In this document: positions 1 to 10,163 of the stretch, one piece after another
Position numbering within the stretch: the stretch's first letter is position 1
Layout of the letters: every line of letters starts with the position of its first letter
Program-made: the position numbers and the translations under genes
The notes under the pieces: generated by a model
Databases searched by the model: none
The model's input: only the letters and a program-made list of their open reading frames with translations
What the model was told of the DNA's origin: nothing
From: a bacterium
GTDB taxonomy: Bacteria > SZUA-182 > DTGQ01
Length of the DNA stretch: 38,924 nt
Reading direction: 5' to 3'
Assembly (NCBI GenBank): GCA_040752695.1
Contig: JBFMGO010000045.1
Location: forward strand, 1-38,924

Positions 1-363
1 CGGCAGGGAACCGGCCATATCATCAATGTCGCCTCCCAGGCCGGAAAATTCGGCTTTCCTAACCTTGCCATCTATTGTGCCTCAAAGTTTGGAGTTATCG
101 GATTTTCCGAATCCTTGCAGCGTGAATTGACTCCCTACAATATAACAGTCTCCTATTTGTGCCCGGGCTATGTGGATACCGAGCTCTTAAAAGCATTTCC
201 TGCCGATATACTCAAGGAGGCCAGCATGTCTTCACCTGATGAGGTAGCCAGTCAGCTCTTCAATTTGATCGTGCGGCCCCGGATCGAGGATAGCCGTCTG
301 GCATCCTTAAAAAAGACCGTTCGGAGGATGGTTAGTCGATGGATGCCATCAGGGTGGGTTTGA
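1..363 (+). CDS. SDR-family oxidoreductase, 5'-truncated by the window edge
   Basis: Frame 1 is open from base 1 and reads RQGTGHIINVASQAGKFGFPNLAIYCASKFGVIGFSESLQRE. This shows the catalytic Ser and YxxxK motifs, followed by CPGYVDT. Confidence 0.9.
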   Translation, partial: RQGTGHIINVASQAGKFGFPNLAIYCASKFGVIGFSESLQRELTPYNITVSYLCPGYVDTELLKAFPADILKEASMSSPDEVASQLFNLIVRPRIEDSRLASLKKTVRRMVSRWMPSGWV

Positions 364-1577
364 TTTCATGTTGGTATAAAGAGAAAAGCTGCGGCATATT
401 CGCTCACAATCTTGCCTCTGCCCTGCAAGAGTTGGGCGTTAATATTAATGTCATTTCAGCTAATTGCCTTTGCTTTCGTGATGATCCTTTTCGCCCTGAC
501 CTGTTTTTCTCCCCTTGCCATAAGATAAAATTCGCAGACTTTTACTGGAAGCCTTCACCCAGACTTATCAGCTATATCCGTTCCATAGGCGAATTGACCG
601 GCGATTCACTCAAAGGGCGCACTTATCTTAAGAAGACTCCACCCTTCCCCATTCTTCACTATCAGCAAACCCAGGGCTCGTTCGGTTTTCTTCCCCTGCT
701 TTCTTTCCTGTCATACCCCACACAGGCAAAGCGGGTGGTCGCTGTCCACGAGATCGATGCTGTGCAAAGGCGATTAAAGGTCAGGTCCAGAGACATTCCC
801 ACGGTCTGGCTTAATAAGATTTACCATAAAGCCGATGCCGTTATCGTTCAAAACAGGGCCTTTAAAGAAGCGATTGAGGGTCTGGGTGTCGATTCTAAGA
901 AAGTTCATATCATACCCCATGGCACCCATATTCCAAAGCTCGGCACATCGAATATATCGTATAATTGGATTCAGGAGAACCAGAGGCCCCGGATTGTTTT
1001 TTGCGGCGGCCACCATCTCACTTCGGGCAAAGGCTTTGATGTCTTCCTGAGGGCACTGCTTATTCTTAAAGCACATGACATTACTCCATCCGTAATGATC
1101 TATGGTCTGAATGCAGGATATGGTCAGGAACAGGGTCGGAAAACTATCTGTGAACTCAAGATCGATAATCCGATCGAGTGGTTTGATTATAAGAGCGATG
1201 ACTCGTTGTTTCAGGAACTGCAAAGAGCCCTGTGCATGGTCATCCCCTATACGAAAAGTGAAGCGGGAACTGCCGTGACCGCAGCCATGGCCAATGCCGT
1301 GCCGGTAATCGCCACCCGCAATGTCGGCCTGCCTGAATACCTCGGCAGAGCCGGCCTCTATATTGAAGAAGATGACCCGTACGATCTTGCGGATAAGATG
1401 CGGATACTTATTCACGATCCAAAGGCAAGGGAAACCCTGGGTAGCCAACTGCATCAGAGGGCTTATGCATTATATGGCTGGGATACCGTAGCCAAAAAAA
1501 CCCTGGATTTGTATAAAAGCCTCCTCGGAGGCGAAGGTCAAAGAATCAGGGTGAATCCTGCGATCGCAAAATGCTGA
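339..1577 (+). CDS. Glycosyltransferase family 4 (GT-B)
   Basis: KGFDVFLRAL, AMANAVPVIAT and C-terminal YGWDTVAKKTLDLY. The ExxxxxxxE motif is degenerate. Confidence 0.85.
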   Translation: MDAIRVGLISCWYKEKSCGIFAHNLASALQELGVNINVISANCLCFRDDPFRPDLFFSPCHKIKFADFYWKPSPRLISYIRSIGELTGDSLKGRTYLKKTPPFPILHYQQTQGSFGFLPLLSFLSYPTQAKRVVAVHEIDAVQRRLKVRSRDIPTVWLNKIYHKADAVIVQNRAFKEAIEGLGVDSKKVHIIPHGTHIPKLGTSNISYNWIQENQRPRIVFCGGHHLTSGKGFDVFLRALLILKAHDITPSVMIYGLNAGYGQEQGRKTICELKIDNPIEWFDYKSDDSLFQELQRALCMVIPYTKSEAGTAVTAAMANAVPVIATRNVGLPEYLGRAGLYIEEDDPYDLADKMRILIHDPKARETLGSQLHQRAYALYGWDTVAKKTLDLYKSLLGGEGQRIRVNPAIAKC

Positions 1578-1717
1578 TCAAGTGAGCAAAATTTTTCCAT
1601 TTGTTCGAAACGGTAAAAGAGTAAAACAAAGTGAAATGGCAATCTTGCAGCAGAATGACAGCGACTAGAAACATTGAGACAATCACGTTCACGTTATCCA
1701 TAATGTGCGGAAATTGA

Positions 1718-3613
1718 ATGTGCGGAATTTTTGGAATATACAATTTTGCCCGGCCTGAGCTTGCGGTTGAATTTTCGGATTTAAAACTGATGGGCGATGC
1801 CATAGCCCACAGGGGTCCGGACGCTGAAGGATTCCACCTGGAGGGAACCCTCGGGTTTGGTTCCAGGCGGCTGAGTATCATCGATCGCAGCGGCGGCCAG
1901 CAGCCGATAGCCAATGAGGATCGGACGATTGTCGTTGTCTATAACGGTGAAATCTATAATTACCAGCACCTGAAAGAGGACCTCGAGCAGAAAGGGCATC
2001 GGTTTTCCACCTCCAGCGATACCGAAGTGCTGGTCCACCTGTATGAGGAATACGGCGAGGAATTGATCACTCCCTTGCGGGGCATGTTCGCTTTCGCTTT
2101 GTGGGATGCCAAAAATCGAAAGCTTCTGCTGGCACGCGACCGGGTAGGCATCAAACCACTCTTTTACACCCAGAGCGGAACGGGAATCGTGTTCGGCTCC
2201 GAACTCAAGTCCCTGCTCAAGATAAAGGGGATACAGCGCACGGTTGACCCCATGGCCCTCGATGCCTATTTTACGCTCTCCTATATCCCGGCTCCTTTGA
2301 CGATTTTCAAGGGAATTCAGAAACTATTACCCGGCCACCTCATGACCATTACTCTCCAAGACGGAATCCGTATTCGGCCTTACTGGAATCTGGCAGTTGA
2401 TCCGGATTACAGCAAACCGGAATCCTACTTTCTCGAAGGGGCAATGGAGTTGATGGAGGAGGCTGTCCGGATTCACCTGATGAGTGAGGTTCCCCTGGGC
2501 GCTTTCCTGAGCGGCGGGCTGGATTCGGGCTGCGTGGTGGCCTTCATGGCCAGGAATCTTCCCCAGGCTGTCAGAACCTTCACTATCGGATTCGGGGGAG
2601 CAGTGGGTGGATTTTCGGACGAGCGGCCCTATGCCCGCCTCGTTGCCCGGCACTATAGTGCCTGCCACTTCGAGCAGGAAGTTACCCCAAAGGCCGTGGA
2701 TGTTCTTCACCGGGTGGTACAGTCCCTCGATGAACCTCTGGCCGATGATTCAGCCATTCCGTCCTATTATGTATCCGAACTGGCCAAACGCCAGGTGACT
2801 GTGGCCCTTTCGGGGCTTGGCGGGGATGAACTGTTCGGAGGATACGAACGATACCTTGGATTTCAGGTAGGAGACTGGTACGACTTTCTGCCTGCCTGGA
2901 TGCGCAATAAGATAATCAATCCCCTGGCGCTGGGGCTTCCGGAGCAGGCAAACGGCAATCCAGGCATCAATCGCCTGAAAAGATTTATCCGTGGATCGGG
3001 GCTTCCGGCTTCGGCCAGGTATCTGGAGTTTATCTCCCTCTTGTCCCTGCAGCAGCGCCGGCACCTGTATCACCCTGATGTTGGCAGGCAAATAGATTTT
3101 TCTCATATCGAATCATATCTCAAATCGTTTTTTTACCAGCCCAAAAATGTTCCCTCCCTGAACCGGGTCTTTTATCAGGATGTGCATACGTACCTGCCGG
3201 ATGATATTCTGGCTCTTACCGACCGCATCAGCATGGCCCATTCACTGGAGGTCCGGGTCCCTTTTCTGGACCACAAATTACTCGAGTTTTGCTTTCGCAT
3301 ACCACCCGAAATGAAGCTTAAATTTTTTCAGAAAAAATACCTCATGAAAAAATTCGGGGCCACTCTTTTGCCATACGCCATATTACGACATAAAAAACAG
3401 GGGTTTGTAGGCCCCATGGCCCATTGGCTTCGCCACGATCTGAAAACTTATCTCCTGGAGATGCTCAGTGAAGAGGCAATCAGAAGGTCAGGATTTTTCG
3501 ATCCGAAGGCAGTCCAAAAGATTCTGGATGAGCACTTTTCCCTGCGCCAAACCCACGATAAACTGATTTTTGCCCTTCTGGTCTTTCAGATCTGGCAGGC
3601 TGAATACTTATAA
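1718..3613 (+). CDS. asnB: Asparagine synthase (glutamine-hydrolysing) family amidotransferase, probably polysaccharide-modifying
   Basis: N-terminal MCGI, HRGPD, NGEIYN, SDTEV, LSGGLDS, GGDELFGGY, EVRVPFLD. Flanked by glycosyltransferases. Confidence 0.95.
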   Translation: MCGIFGIYNFARPELAVEFSDLKLMGDAIAHRGPDAEGFHLEGTLGFGSRRLSIIDRSGGQQPIANEDRTIVVVYNGEIYNYQHLKEDLEQKGHRFSTSSDTEVLVHLYEEYGEELITPLRGMFAFALWDAKNRKLLLARDRVGIKPLFYTQSGTGIVFGSELKSLLKIKGIQRTVDPMALDAYFTLSYIPAPLTIFKGIQKLLPGHLMTITLQDGIRIRPYWNLAVDPDYSKPESYFLEGAMELMEEAVRIHLMSEVPLGAFLSGGLDSGCVVAFMARNLPQAVRTFTIGFGGAVGGFSDERPYARLVARHYSACHFEQEVTPKAVDVLHRVVQSLDEPLADDSAIPSYYVSELAKRQVTVALSGLGGDELFGGYERYLGFQVGDWYDFLPAWMRNKIINPLALGLPEQANGNPGINRLKRFIRGSGLPASARYLEFISLLSLQQRRHLYHPDVGRQIDFSHIESYLKSFFYQPKNVPSLNRVFYQDVHTYLPDDILALTDRISMAHSLEVRVPFLDHKLLEFCFRIPPEMKLKFFQKKYLMKKFGATLLPYAILRHKKQGFVGPMAHWLRHDLKTYLLEMLSEEAIRRSGFFDPKAVQKILDEHFSLRQTHDKLIFALLVFQIWQAEYL

Positions 3614-3695
3614 AATATAAGATCAGCGAAAAACCATCCAACCCTGCCCCCCCAAGCGTGAGAAACTCCATAAAATGTACAAAGGATAAACGCCA

Positions 3696-4805
3696 ATGCT
3701 AAAAGATCGCATTACCATCGTTCACTTGCTCCTTTGCATGGAAACCGGCGGCGCCGAAACCGTCGTCAGCCACCTGATCACAAGTACCGATCCGCAGGTT
3801 TTCAGGGTTGTGGTGATAACCCTGTGTTCGCGGGGAGCTCTGGCTGACCAGGCTGAAAAAAAAGGAGCCAGGGTCATCATGGCTGCCCCGATGATCAGGG
3901 GTGCTTCCCTGATCTATCCCTATTCGCTCATAGCCACGGTGCGGAAAGTGAAGCCGGATATTATGCACAGTCACAGCGGCTGCGGGCCTACGGCTGCTTT
4001 GGTAAGCCGCTGTCTCGGAGTGCCTCAGATTCATACCGAGCATGGCAGGCCCTATCCTGACCCGCGATGGATGATTGAGCTCGAGCGCCTGTATTGCCTG
4101 CGGACAAAAAAAATCGTGGCCGTTTCACCTCTCTTAAAGGAATATTTGCATAAGGCGTTCCGGTGGCCGGATGAGAAGGTGACGGTTATCGAAAACGGGA
4201 TTGATACCGGGCATTTTTTGCCCCGTCCCAAACCTTTTGGGCTTTTGAGTGAATTAGGCTTTCAGCCGGATCAGAAAGTCGTCGGGAGCGTGGGTCGCTT
4301 GAATCAGGTGAAGAACTATCCGGTTTTATTGCACGCTTTCCGGGATGTCGCTGCCAAGGTGCCGGAAGCGAGGTTACTGATTGTAGGCGATGGACCTGAG
4401 CGGGGGAACCTTGAGCGGCTCATAGATCGCCTCGGGCTTTCAAAGATATGCCTTTTGCCTGGCGAGCGCTTCGATATCGCGGATCTTTTATCCTGCATGG
4501 ATATATTTGTGCTCCCTTCCTGGAGCGAAGGAACCTCAATGTCACTGCTTGAAGCCATGGCCTGTGCCAGGCCGGTGGTAGCTTCCTGTGTGGGAGGAAA
4601 TCAGGAGTTAGTCCGGCACGGCCAGACAGGTTTTTTGGTCAAGCCAGATGATGTGCACTCTTTTACACACCACATTCTCTCGCTTTTGAACAACCGGCAC
4701 ATGGCAGCCGGATTTGGTGAAAATTGCCGGAAGGTGGTATTGGAGCGCTACCGGTTAGGGTTAATGGTTGAAAAATATGAAAGGCTTTATGAGCAGATGA
4801 TATAG
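3696..4805 (+). CDS. Glycosyltransferase family 4
   Basis: GGAE, HTEHG, NGID, VGRLNQVKN, EGTSMSLLEAMACARPVV. Confidence 0.93.
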   Translation: MLKDRITIVHLLLCMETGGAETVVSHLITSTDPQVFRVVVITLCSRGALADQAEKKGARVIMAAPMIRGASLIYPYSLIATVRKVKPDIMHSHSGCGPTAALVSRCLGVPQIHTEHGRPYPDPRWMIELERLYCLRTKKIVAVSPLLKEYLHKAFRWPDEKVTVIENGIDTGHFLPRPKPFGLLSELGFQPDQKVVGSVGRLNQVKNYPVLLHAFRDVAAKVPEARLLIVGDGPERGNLERLIDRLGLSKICLLPGERFDIADLLSCMDIFVLPSWSEGTSMSLLEAMACARPVVASCVGGNQELVRHGQTGFLVKPDDVHSFTHHILSLLNNRHMAAGFGENCRKVVLERYRLGLMVEKYERLYEQMI

Positions 4806-4888
4806 GCGGAAATATTGAGCAGGCTTTGCACAGCTTATAATGGTAAAAAAAGATACATTTTTAAGGAGGGAAAATTAACATTTCAGAC

Positions 4889-4917
4889 TTGACATTGTAG
4901 AAAAAATAGCGTACTAT
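4889..4917 (+). promoter_or_regulatory. sigma70-type promoter for the 5042 gene
   Basis: TTGACA-17 nt-TACTAT in an AT-rich intergenic region. Confidence 0.7.
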
Positions 4918-5041
4918 CGGGCCTTATTTTACATAACATGTACTTCCATTTTGTTTATCACATCATCCTTTTTTACTTCAGTGGGAAAAACATGTCCGTT
5001 TTACCTAAAGTCTTATTCCAAATGCAGGAGGTATTACCAGT

Positions 5042-6463
5042 ATGTCCCGAGAAGTACGCTTTATCCCTTCCCCCGTCAGTCCCAAAAGAAAAACCACTGT
5101 TTTACGCTTTGCCTTCCTCAACTCTATTTTATCCTTCCTTTTGATGACAGGAGTTCTTACCCCGCTATCGGCCTTCGGAGAGCCGATAATCTCAGACATT
5201 TCCTTCTCAAGCATGTCTCGTGGAGAGACCGCCTACGCGGGCAGCGAAGAGGCCACTGCCCTTCAGAGTGGTGAGATCGGAGATCTGCGCGGAGAAGGAT
5301 TACTCGATCAGGTAACCAATCACTGGATTCATTGGCCTGAAAGCCAGGGCAGCTTTGAAGACACGAACGGCTGGGTCAGGAACGGAAATTGCTGGCTCCG
5401 TGATAACTGGGAATGCTGGGCACAGACTGCGGAGCGTCGAGATATGGATGTGATTTTCGATCCGAGCGTGGCTGTTATCGGCCATCAGAGCTATCGAAAT
5501 CATCTTTACTATACACAGGATGACTGGAATCATCCGAAAGAGGAGCCGGGTAAGGGCATCTTTTGTCCTCTGACCTGGTGGGATGCACCGGATTCGAATC
5601 AATATTTTTACCGCTACTATGTCCGCTACAGCGGGCCAGTTTTCAAATGGACCAACAACAGTTTCAAACAGTTTTATGTGCATAACCTCTTCAATATGAC
5701 TGCCTGCATGTGGGATGATATTCCGGAAGGAAAGGGTCCCAGCATGTATGATATCCAGGGAGGCGACCGTTTGTTCGTACACTTTGGAAAGCGTATGGAA
5801 CTGGATCAATGGTATTGCATCGAGCTGATGGTGAAAAAGGCCGGCGGCGGCATCGAACTGAAGTTCTGGCTGGATGGCAAGCCGTGTGATATCTATGACG
5901 GTAATGGCGATCTGTTGACCTCTCCCTGGATGAACAGTTACCGAGAATCGGATGGTAGCCTGCGCTTCGGCCCTCTGGAGCTTGGCACGGTCAATTGTCA
6001 GAACTGGACTCACGATCAGTTGCCGGTTGATCAATATATCTGGTTTGATGGGTTTGCCATGAGTCCCTACCAGCGGATTTATCCGGGCACAATCGTAGAA
6101 ATGGGTGACAGCCCGGATTATGAATCAGCCCAGAGGATCACGCAGAAGCTGGTCTGGATGGAAGATCAGGAAGTCAGGTTTCGCACTGACCTTTCGGGAT
6201 TGGGAGACGGCCCCTACTATTTATGGATAACCAATAACCAGGGGGAAAGGAGCAGGGCTTATCGCATCGGCGGCGATCATGGCACTATGCAGGCACTGTC
6301 AGGACCGGAAATTGCTCCCGCCGAACTGGAGTCAGCCACCCTCACCGGGACTGCACAGTCCCGGTCATCCGCCACCAGTCTTGAATTTAGCGAACAGCCG
6401 GTTTGCCCCACATCTTTACTCTGCAGTAAAAGGTTTAACGCATTTATCTACAATTATCAATAA
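5042..6463 (+). CDS. Exported Trp-rich hypothetical protein, possibly a polysaccharide-lyase/ConA-like beta-sandwich
   Basis: 473-aa ORF with a basic then hydrophobic N-terminus. Segments YFYRYYVRY, QWYCIELMVK and LKFWLDG resemble jelly-roll carbohydrate-active folds. Confidence 0.65.
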   Translation: MSREVRFIPSPVSPKRKTTVLRFAFLNSILSFLLMTGVLTPLSAFGEPIISDISFSSMSRGETAYAGSEEATALQSGEIGDLRGEGLLDQVTNHWIHWPESQGSFEDTNGWVRNGNCWLRDNWECWAQTAERRDMDVIFDPSVAVIGHQSYRNHLYYTQDDWNHPKEEPGKGIFCPLTWWDAPDSNQYFYRYYVRYSGPVFKWTNNSFKQFYVHNLFNMTACMWDDIPEGKGPSMYDIQGGDRLFVHFGKRMELDQWYCIELMVKKAGGGIELKFWLDGKPCDIYDGNGDLLTSPWMNSYRESDGSLRFGPLELGTVNCQNWTHDQLPVDQYIWFDGFAMSPYQRIYPGTIVEMGDSPDYESAQRITQKLVWMEDQEVRFRTDLSGLGDGPYYLWITNNQGERSRAYRIGGDHGTMQALSGPEIAPAELESATLTGTAQSRSSATSLEFSEQPVCPTSLLCSKRFNAFIYNYQ

Positions 6464-6641
6464 GTAAGCATGGGTTTTCATCCATAAGCTGCTCTCCATA
6501 GCCCTTAACCCTTTAAGCAAGGGTACATAAAAAGGCATGCTCTTCTTGAAGAAGGGCTCTGCGCCGGTGTAAAGCCATAGGTAAAGGAATTGGCTCCTTC
6601 GAAAGGGTTATGTCGATAAGATATCGTTTAGAGTATTTTTT

Positions 6642-6681
6642 AAGTATTTAAGGAGCGTTTTATAACGCTCCTTAAATACTT
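6642..6681 (+). terminator. Intrinsic terminator-like hairpin
   Basis: Perfect 18-bp stem aagtatttaaggagcgtt / aacgctccttaaatactt, 4-nt loop, then a T run. Confidence 0.7.
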
Positions 6682-6732
6682 TTTATGCCCGTAAACGGTT
6701 CTTAACGATACAGGTTTGAGGGGGAGTCGTTC

Positions 6733-8865
6733 ATGGATATTGCTATTGTGGGTTGCGGAGAGATTTCAACAAAACATATCCAGTTTGCTCTCGATTATCC
6801 GGGAGCCAGAATTGTCGGTCTTGTAGACTCGAATGAAGAACAGGCCAGAAAGCGGGCTGTGGAATTCCACATTTCTGACTGCTACACCAGTCTTTCGGAT
6901 CTGTTCCTTTATCACAAGCCCCAGGTGGCCCATATCTTGACCCCTCCTGCCAGTCATCTGGCATTGGTGCAAGAGTGTGCAGAGGCTGGATGCAACGTCC
7001 TGGTCGAAAAACCTATGGGGTTAAATTATCAGCAAGCCCTGGCCATGGTCAGAGCGGCCGAGAAGCACGGCATTTCACTGTGCGTGGATCACAACCACTT
7101 TTTCGATCCCTGCATGATGGAAGTGAGAAACATGGTGGAAAGGGGAGATCTCGGCCATATCATCTACGTAGAAAGTTACTACGGCTGGAATACGGATATT
7201 CCGGCAGTCCGGGGCTACCCCAGGGCCAACGAGATCCCCTGGATTCATAATCTGCCCGGCGGAGTGTTTCACGACATCATCACTCATCCGCTTTCCCTCC
7301 TCCTCGAATACACCGGGGTTCCCAGAGAAATGAAAGCCATGGCAAGGTCAACGGGCACCTTGCCGCAGGAGCAGCCTGATGAGCTGCGTATCCTCTGCAA
7401 CGGCCCAAAAGCGCTGGGTACGTTATCCATTTCCTTCAATTCCAAACCTTTTTTACATTACCTGAATCTATTTGGCACCGAGATGTTCGTCCAGGTAAAT
7501 TTCGACACCATGACCTTTTATACCCAGCCGAACAGGAGGTTACCCAAGGCACTCAAAAAGCCTCTGTTCAACCTGGATCAGAGCTGGCAGATATCGAAAA
7601 GGACCCTGGGTAATACCTGGAAGTTCTTGCGGGGTAAGTTAAGATCTTACCATGGCATGCGCACCCTTATTCACCAATTTTACGGAAGCATCCAGCGTGG
7701 GGAGCATCCGCCGCTCAGCAAGGACCAATGCCTGCAGGTAGCACGGGTGATAGACGAGATCTGGGATCAGGTCACTCCCAGAAAGCTGGTTTTTTCTCCT
7801 ATCCTTCCCCGGAAAAACAGTCAGCCCCTGTCCAATCTTCCTAAGGTGCTGATTACCGGAGCCTCCGGATTTTTGGGGTCTCATCTGGCCCGGCGGCTGG
7901 TCCGGGAAGGGTATCCGGTGCGGGCATTGGTCAGAAAGCTCTCGCCCGTTGAACATTTGCGCAATCTGGACGTTGAGATTTTCTTCGGTGATGTTCGGGA
8001 TGAAGTCTCCCTGCGCTCAGCTATTCAGGGCATGGAGATGATTGTCCATGCTGCTGCCGCTACCTCCGGATCCCTGGAAGCATCGATGGATACAACGGTT
8101 AATGGTACGAGAAACGTTCTGAAAACCGCTCAGAGAGAAGGGATCAAAAAAGTGGTTTATATCAGCTCTCTCAGCGTCTATGATTATACACGATTTCCCG
8201 TCCATCAAAAGGTGCGGGAAGAGGATGCCCTGGAGCCGGATCCGCAAAAACGTGGAGCCTATACCTATTCGAAGGTGGAGGCCGAGAGGGTAGTACAGCA
8301 GTTTATCACCCGTCTGCCCATAGTCATCTTAAGACCCGGCACCATCCACGGTCCTGGCGGGCCTGCCCTGACTCCCATGATGGGGTATGCTCTTTCGAAA
8401 GGTCTGGTGATAGCCATTGGCAGCAAACGGTTCGAGCTTCCTCTTGTTTACATTGATAATCTTCTGGATGCCATCGTATTTTCCCTCAACAGCCAGACAG
8501 CTACCGGCAAGGCATATAACATCGTGGACGAGGAATTGATCACGAAACATGCATACATCCAGCGGTACCTGCATAAAATGGGTGGTCATGGTCATGTGCT
8601 GTACCTGCCCTATCTTCTGATGTATGGTATGACCTTTGGACTGGAACTTTTGAGTAAGGCCGCACACAAGGACCCTTTCCTCACCCGCTACCGCCTGGCA
8701 GCCTCCTGTAAAAGCTTTCGCTTCGATATTTCGAAAGCCAAACATGATTTAGGATGGTTCTCCCGCGTTCCTGCACGGGAGGGGCTGGAAAATACTTTGA
8801 ACTGGTCCAGGCAAAAGGATCACGATAAGGAACACTTACAAGATCAGGAGTATGTACATGGTTAG
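6733..8865 (+). CDS. Gfo/Idh/MocA oxidoreductase fused to an NAD-dependent epimerase/dehydratase
   Basis: N-domain GCGEIS, VEKP, HDIITHP. C-domain ITGASGFLG, ISSLSVY, YTYSK, LRPGTIHG. Confidence 0.9.
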   Translation: MDIAIVGCGEISTKHIQFALDYPGARIVGLVDSNEEQARKRAVEFHISDCYTSLSDLFLYHKPQVAHILTPPASHLALVQECAEAGCNVLVEKPMGLNYQQALAMVRAAEKHGISLCVDHNHFFDPCMMEVRNMVERGDLGHIIYVESYYGWNTDIPAVRGYPRANEIPWIHNLPGGVFHDIITHPLSLLLEYTGVPREMKAMARSTGTLPQEQPDELRILCNGPKALGTLSISFNSKPFLHYLNLFGTEMFVQVNFDTMTFYTQPNRRLPKALKKPLFNLDQSWQISKRTLGNTWKFLRGKLRSYHGMRTLIHQFYGSIQRGEHPPLSKDQCLQVARVIDEIWDQVTPRKLVFSPILPRKNSQPLSNLPKVLITGASGFLGSHLARRLVREGYPVRALVRKLSPVEHLRNLDVEIFFGDVRDEVSLRSAIQGMEMIVHAAAATSGSLEASMDTTVNGTRNVLKTAQREGIKKVVYISSLSVYDYTRFPVHQKVREEDALEPDPQKRGAYTYSKVEAERVVQQFITRLPIVILRPGTIHGPGGPALTPMMGYALSKGLVIAIGSKRFELPLVYIDNLLDAIVFSLNSQTATGKAYNIVDEELITKHAYIQRYLHKMGGHGHVLYLPYLLMYGMTFGLELLSKAAHKDPFLTRYRLAASCKSFRFDISKAKHDLGWFSRVPAREGLENTLNWSRQKDHDKEHLQDQEYVHG

Positions 8866-8912
8866 GGCAGGAGTATGTACATGGTCAGGGAATGTAATGG
8901 TTAGGGAATGTA
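8845..8912 (+). repeat. Short tandem duplication: two 23-bp copies plus degenerate partial copies
   Basis: caggagtatgtacatggttaggg / caggagtatgtacatggtcaggg / aatgtaatggttaggg / aatgta. Confidence 0.85.
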
Positions 8913-8928
8913 GAGGAGATGAGAAGAT

Positions 8929-10101
8929 TTGACTACCCTCTTCGGTCCATTGTTATGGATGGTTTCTCTTTTTTTAATCTTTTACATCTACCTTGGTTAT
9001 CCATTGTTATTATTTCTCTTTTCGCTTAACCGGCTGCCGAAGGAGCCGGTCGGTGAGCCACAGGATTGGCCCAGCGTAAGTATCATCATTTCCGCCTATA
9101 ATGAAGAAGGGGTAATTGAAGGAAAAATGAAAAATACACTGGAACTGGATTACCCGCCGGAAAAACGGGAAGTCTGGGTAGCCTCGGATGGCTCTACCGA
9201 CCGGACGAACCTGCTGGCAGCCAGATACCAGGATCAGGGAGTGCGGCTGTTCCTCAAGGAAGAACGACAGGGAAAGAGCGCTCTTTTGAACAAGGTAATT
9301 CCAAAGACAAACGGGGAGATTCTCATTTTTACCGATGCCAATGCATTCTTCGATCGAAGTGCCTTACGGAATCTCGTTCTGAATTTTCAGGATGAGAAGA
9401 TCGGTTTTGTGACCGGCAGGACGAGGTACCATTGCAGGGCCGGAAATTCGGTTGGGGAAACTACGGGACTGTACAGCCGTTATGAATGGTATCTCAAGCA
9501 AAAAGAGTCATTGGTGAATTCCTGTGTTGGGGCGGACGGGGCCATTTTTGCCATAAGGAAAAAGCTGTATACCCCTTTGCGTCCCTCAGACCTGAACGAT
9601 TTGACGATTCCCCTGCAAATTATCCGCAAAGGATATCGGGGCCGCATGGAAGCGCAAGCTGCTGCCTGGGAAGATGCATCTTCACAGATCGAGGGGGAGG
9701 TCAACCGCCAGATTCGCATTACCAATCGAACATTGCGGGCTCTGTACCGGAATCGAACCCTCCTGAATCCTTTTCACGATCCCGTCTTTGCCTGGCAATT
9801 GTTTTCTCATAAGCTCCTGCGGCTTATGTCGCCTTTTTTTATGATAACTCTTTTCGGCTCGAATCTGATTGCCGCAGGAAGAGGAAGGATATATTTTCTC
9901 TTTCTTTGCCTTCAACTTGCCTTTTACTGCCTGGCCCTGCTTGGGTCAAGGGCGGAGGGGAAGAAGGGAACGTTCAGTTCGGCCGTCAGGATTCCCTATC
10001 ATTTCATGCTCATGAACGGTGCCATGATGCGTGGATGGCTTCGGTGCTTTTCTCGAAACCGGGATGTACTCTGGACTCCTGGCAGGATGGGCAATGGCTG
10101 A
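8929..10101 (+). CDS. Glycosyltransferase family 2 (CESA-like, membrane-bound)
   Basis: AYNEE, SDGSTD, FTDAN and a QIRI variant of QxxRW. N- and C-terminal TM helices. TTG start with GAGGAG upstream. Confidence 0.92.
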   Translation: MTTLFGPLLWMVSLFLIFYIYLGYPLLLFLFSLNRLPKEPVGEPQDWPSVSIIISAYNEEGVIEGKMKNTLELDYPPEKREVWVASDGSTDRTNLLAARYQDQGVRLFLKEERQGKSALLNKVIPKTNGEILIFTDANAFFDRSALRNLVLNFQDEKIGFVTGRTRYHCRAGNSVGETTGLYSRYEWYLKQKESLVNSCVGADGAIFAIRKKLYTPLRPSDLNDLTIPLQIIRKGYRGRMEAQAAAWEDASSQIEGEVNRQIRITNRTLRALYRNRTLLNPFHDPVFAWQLFSHKLLRLMSPFFMITLFGSNLIAAGRGRIYFLFLCLQLAFYCLALLGSRAEGKKGTFSSAVRIPYHFMLMNGAMMRGWLRCFSRNRDVLWTPGRMGNG

Positions 10102-10122
10102 TTGACATGGGAGATAAAAAAG

Positions 10123-10163
10123 TCCTGAGGGAAAGTCCTCGCAAAAGAGGCTTTCCCTCAGGA
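10123..10163 (-). terminator. Hairpin terminator between convergent genes
   Basis: tcctgagggaaag-t-cctc / gagg-ctttccctcagga, with an A-tract on the left (U-tract on the minus strand). Confidence 0.7.

Noticed and set aside
1718..3613. Lasso-peptide cyclase or RiPP cluster
   Set aside because: The glutaminase domain is intact (Cys2), the context is glycosyltransferases, and there is no B protein, RRE or precursor.
10123..10163. RNase P RNA (GAGGGAAAGTCC resembles the P4 motif)
   Set aside because: It is one arm of a simple hairpin; the intergenic space is too short and the other conserved regions are missing.
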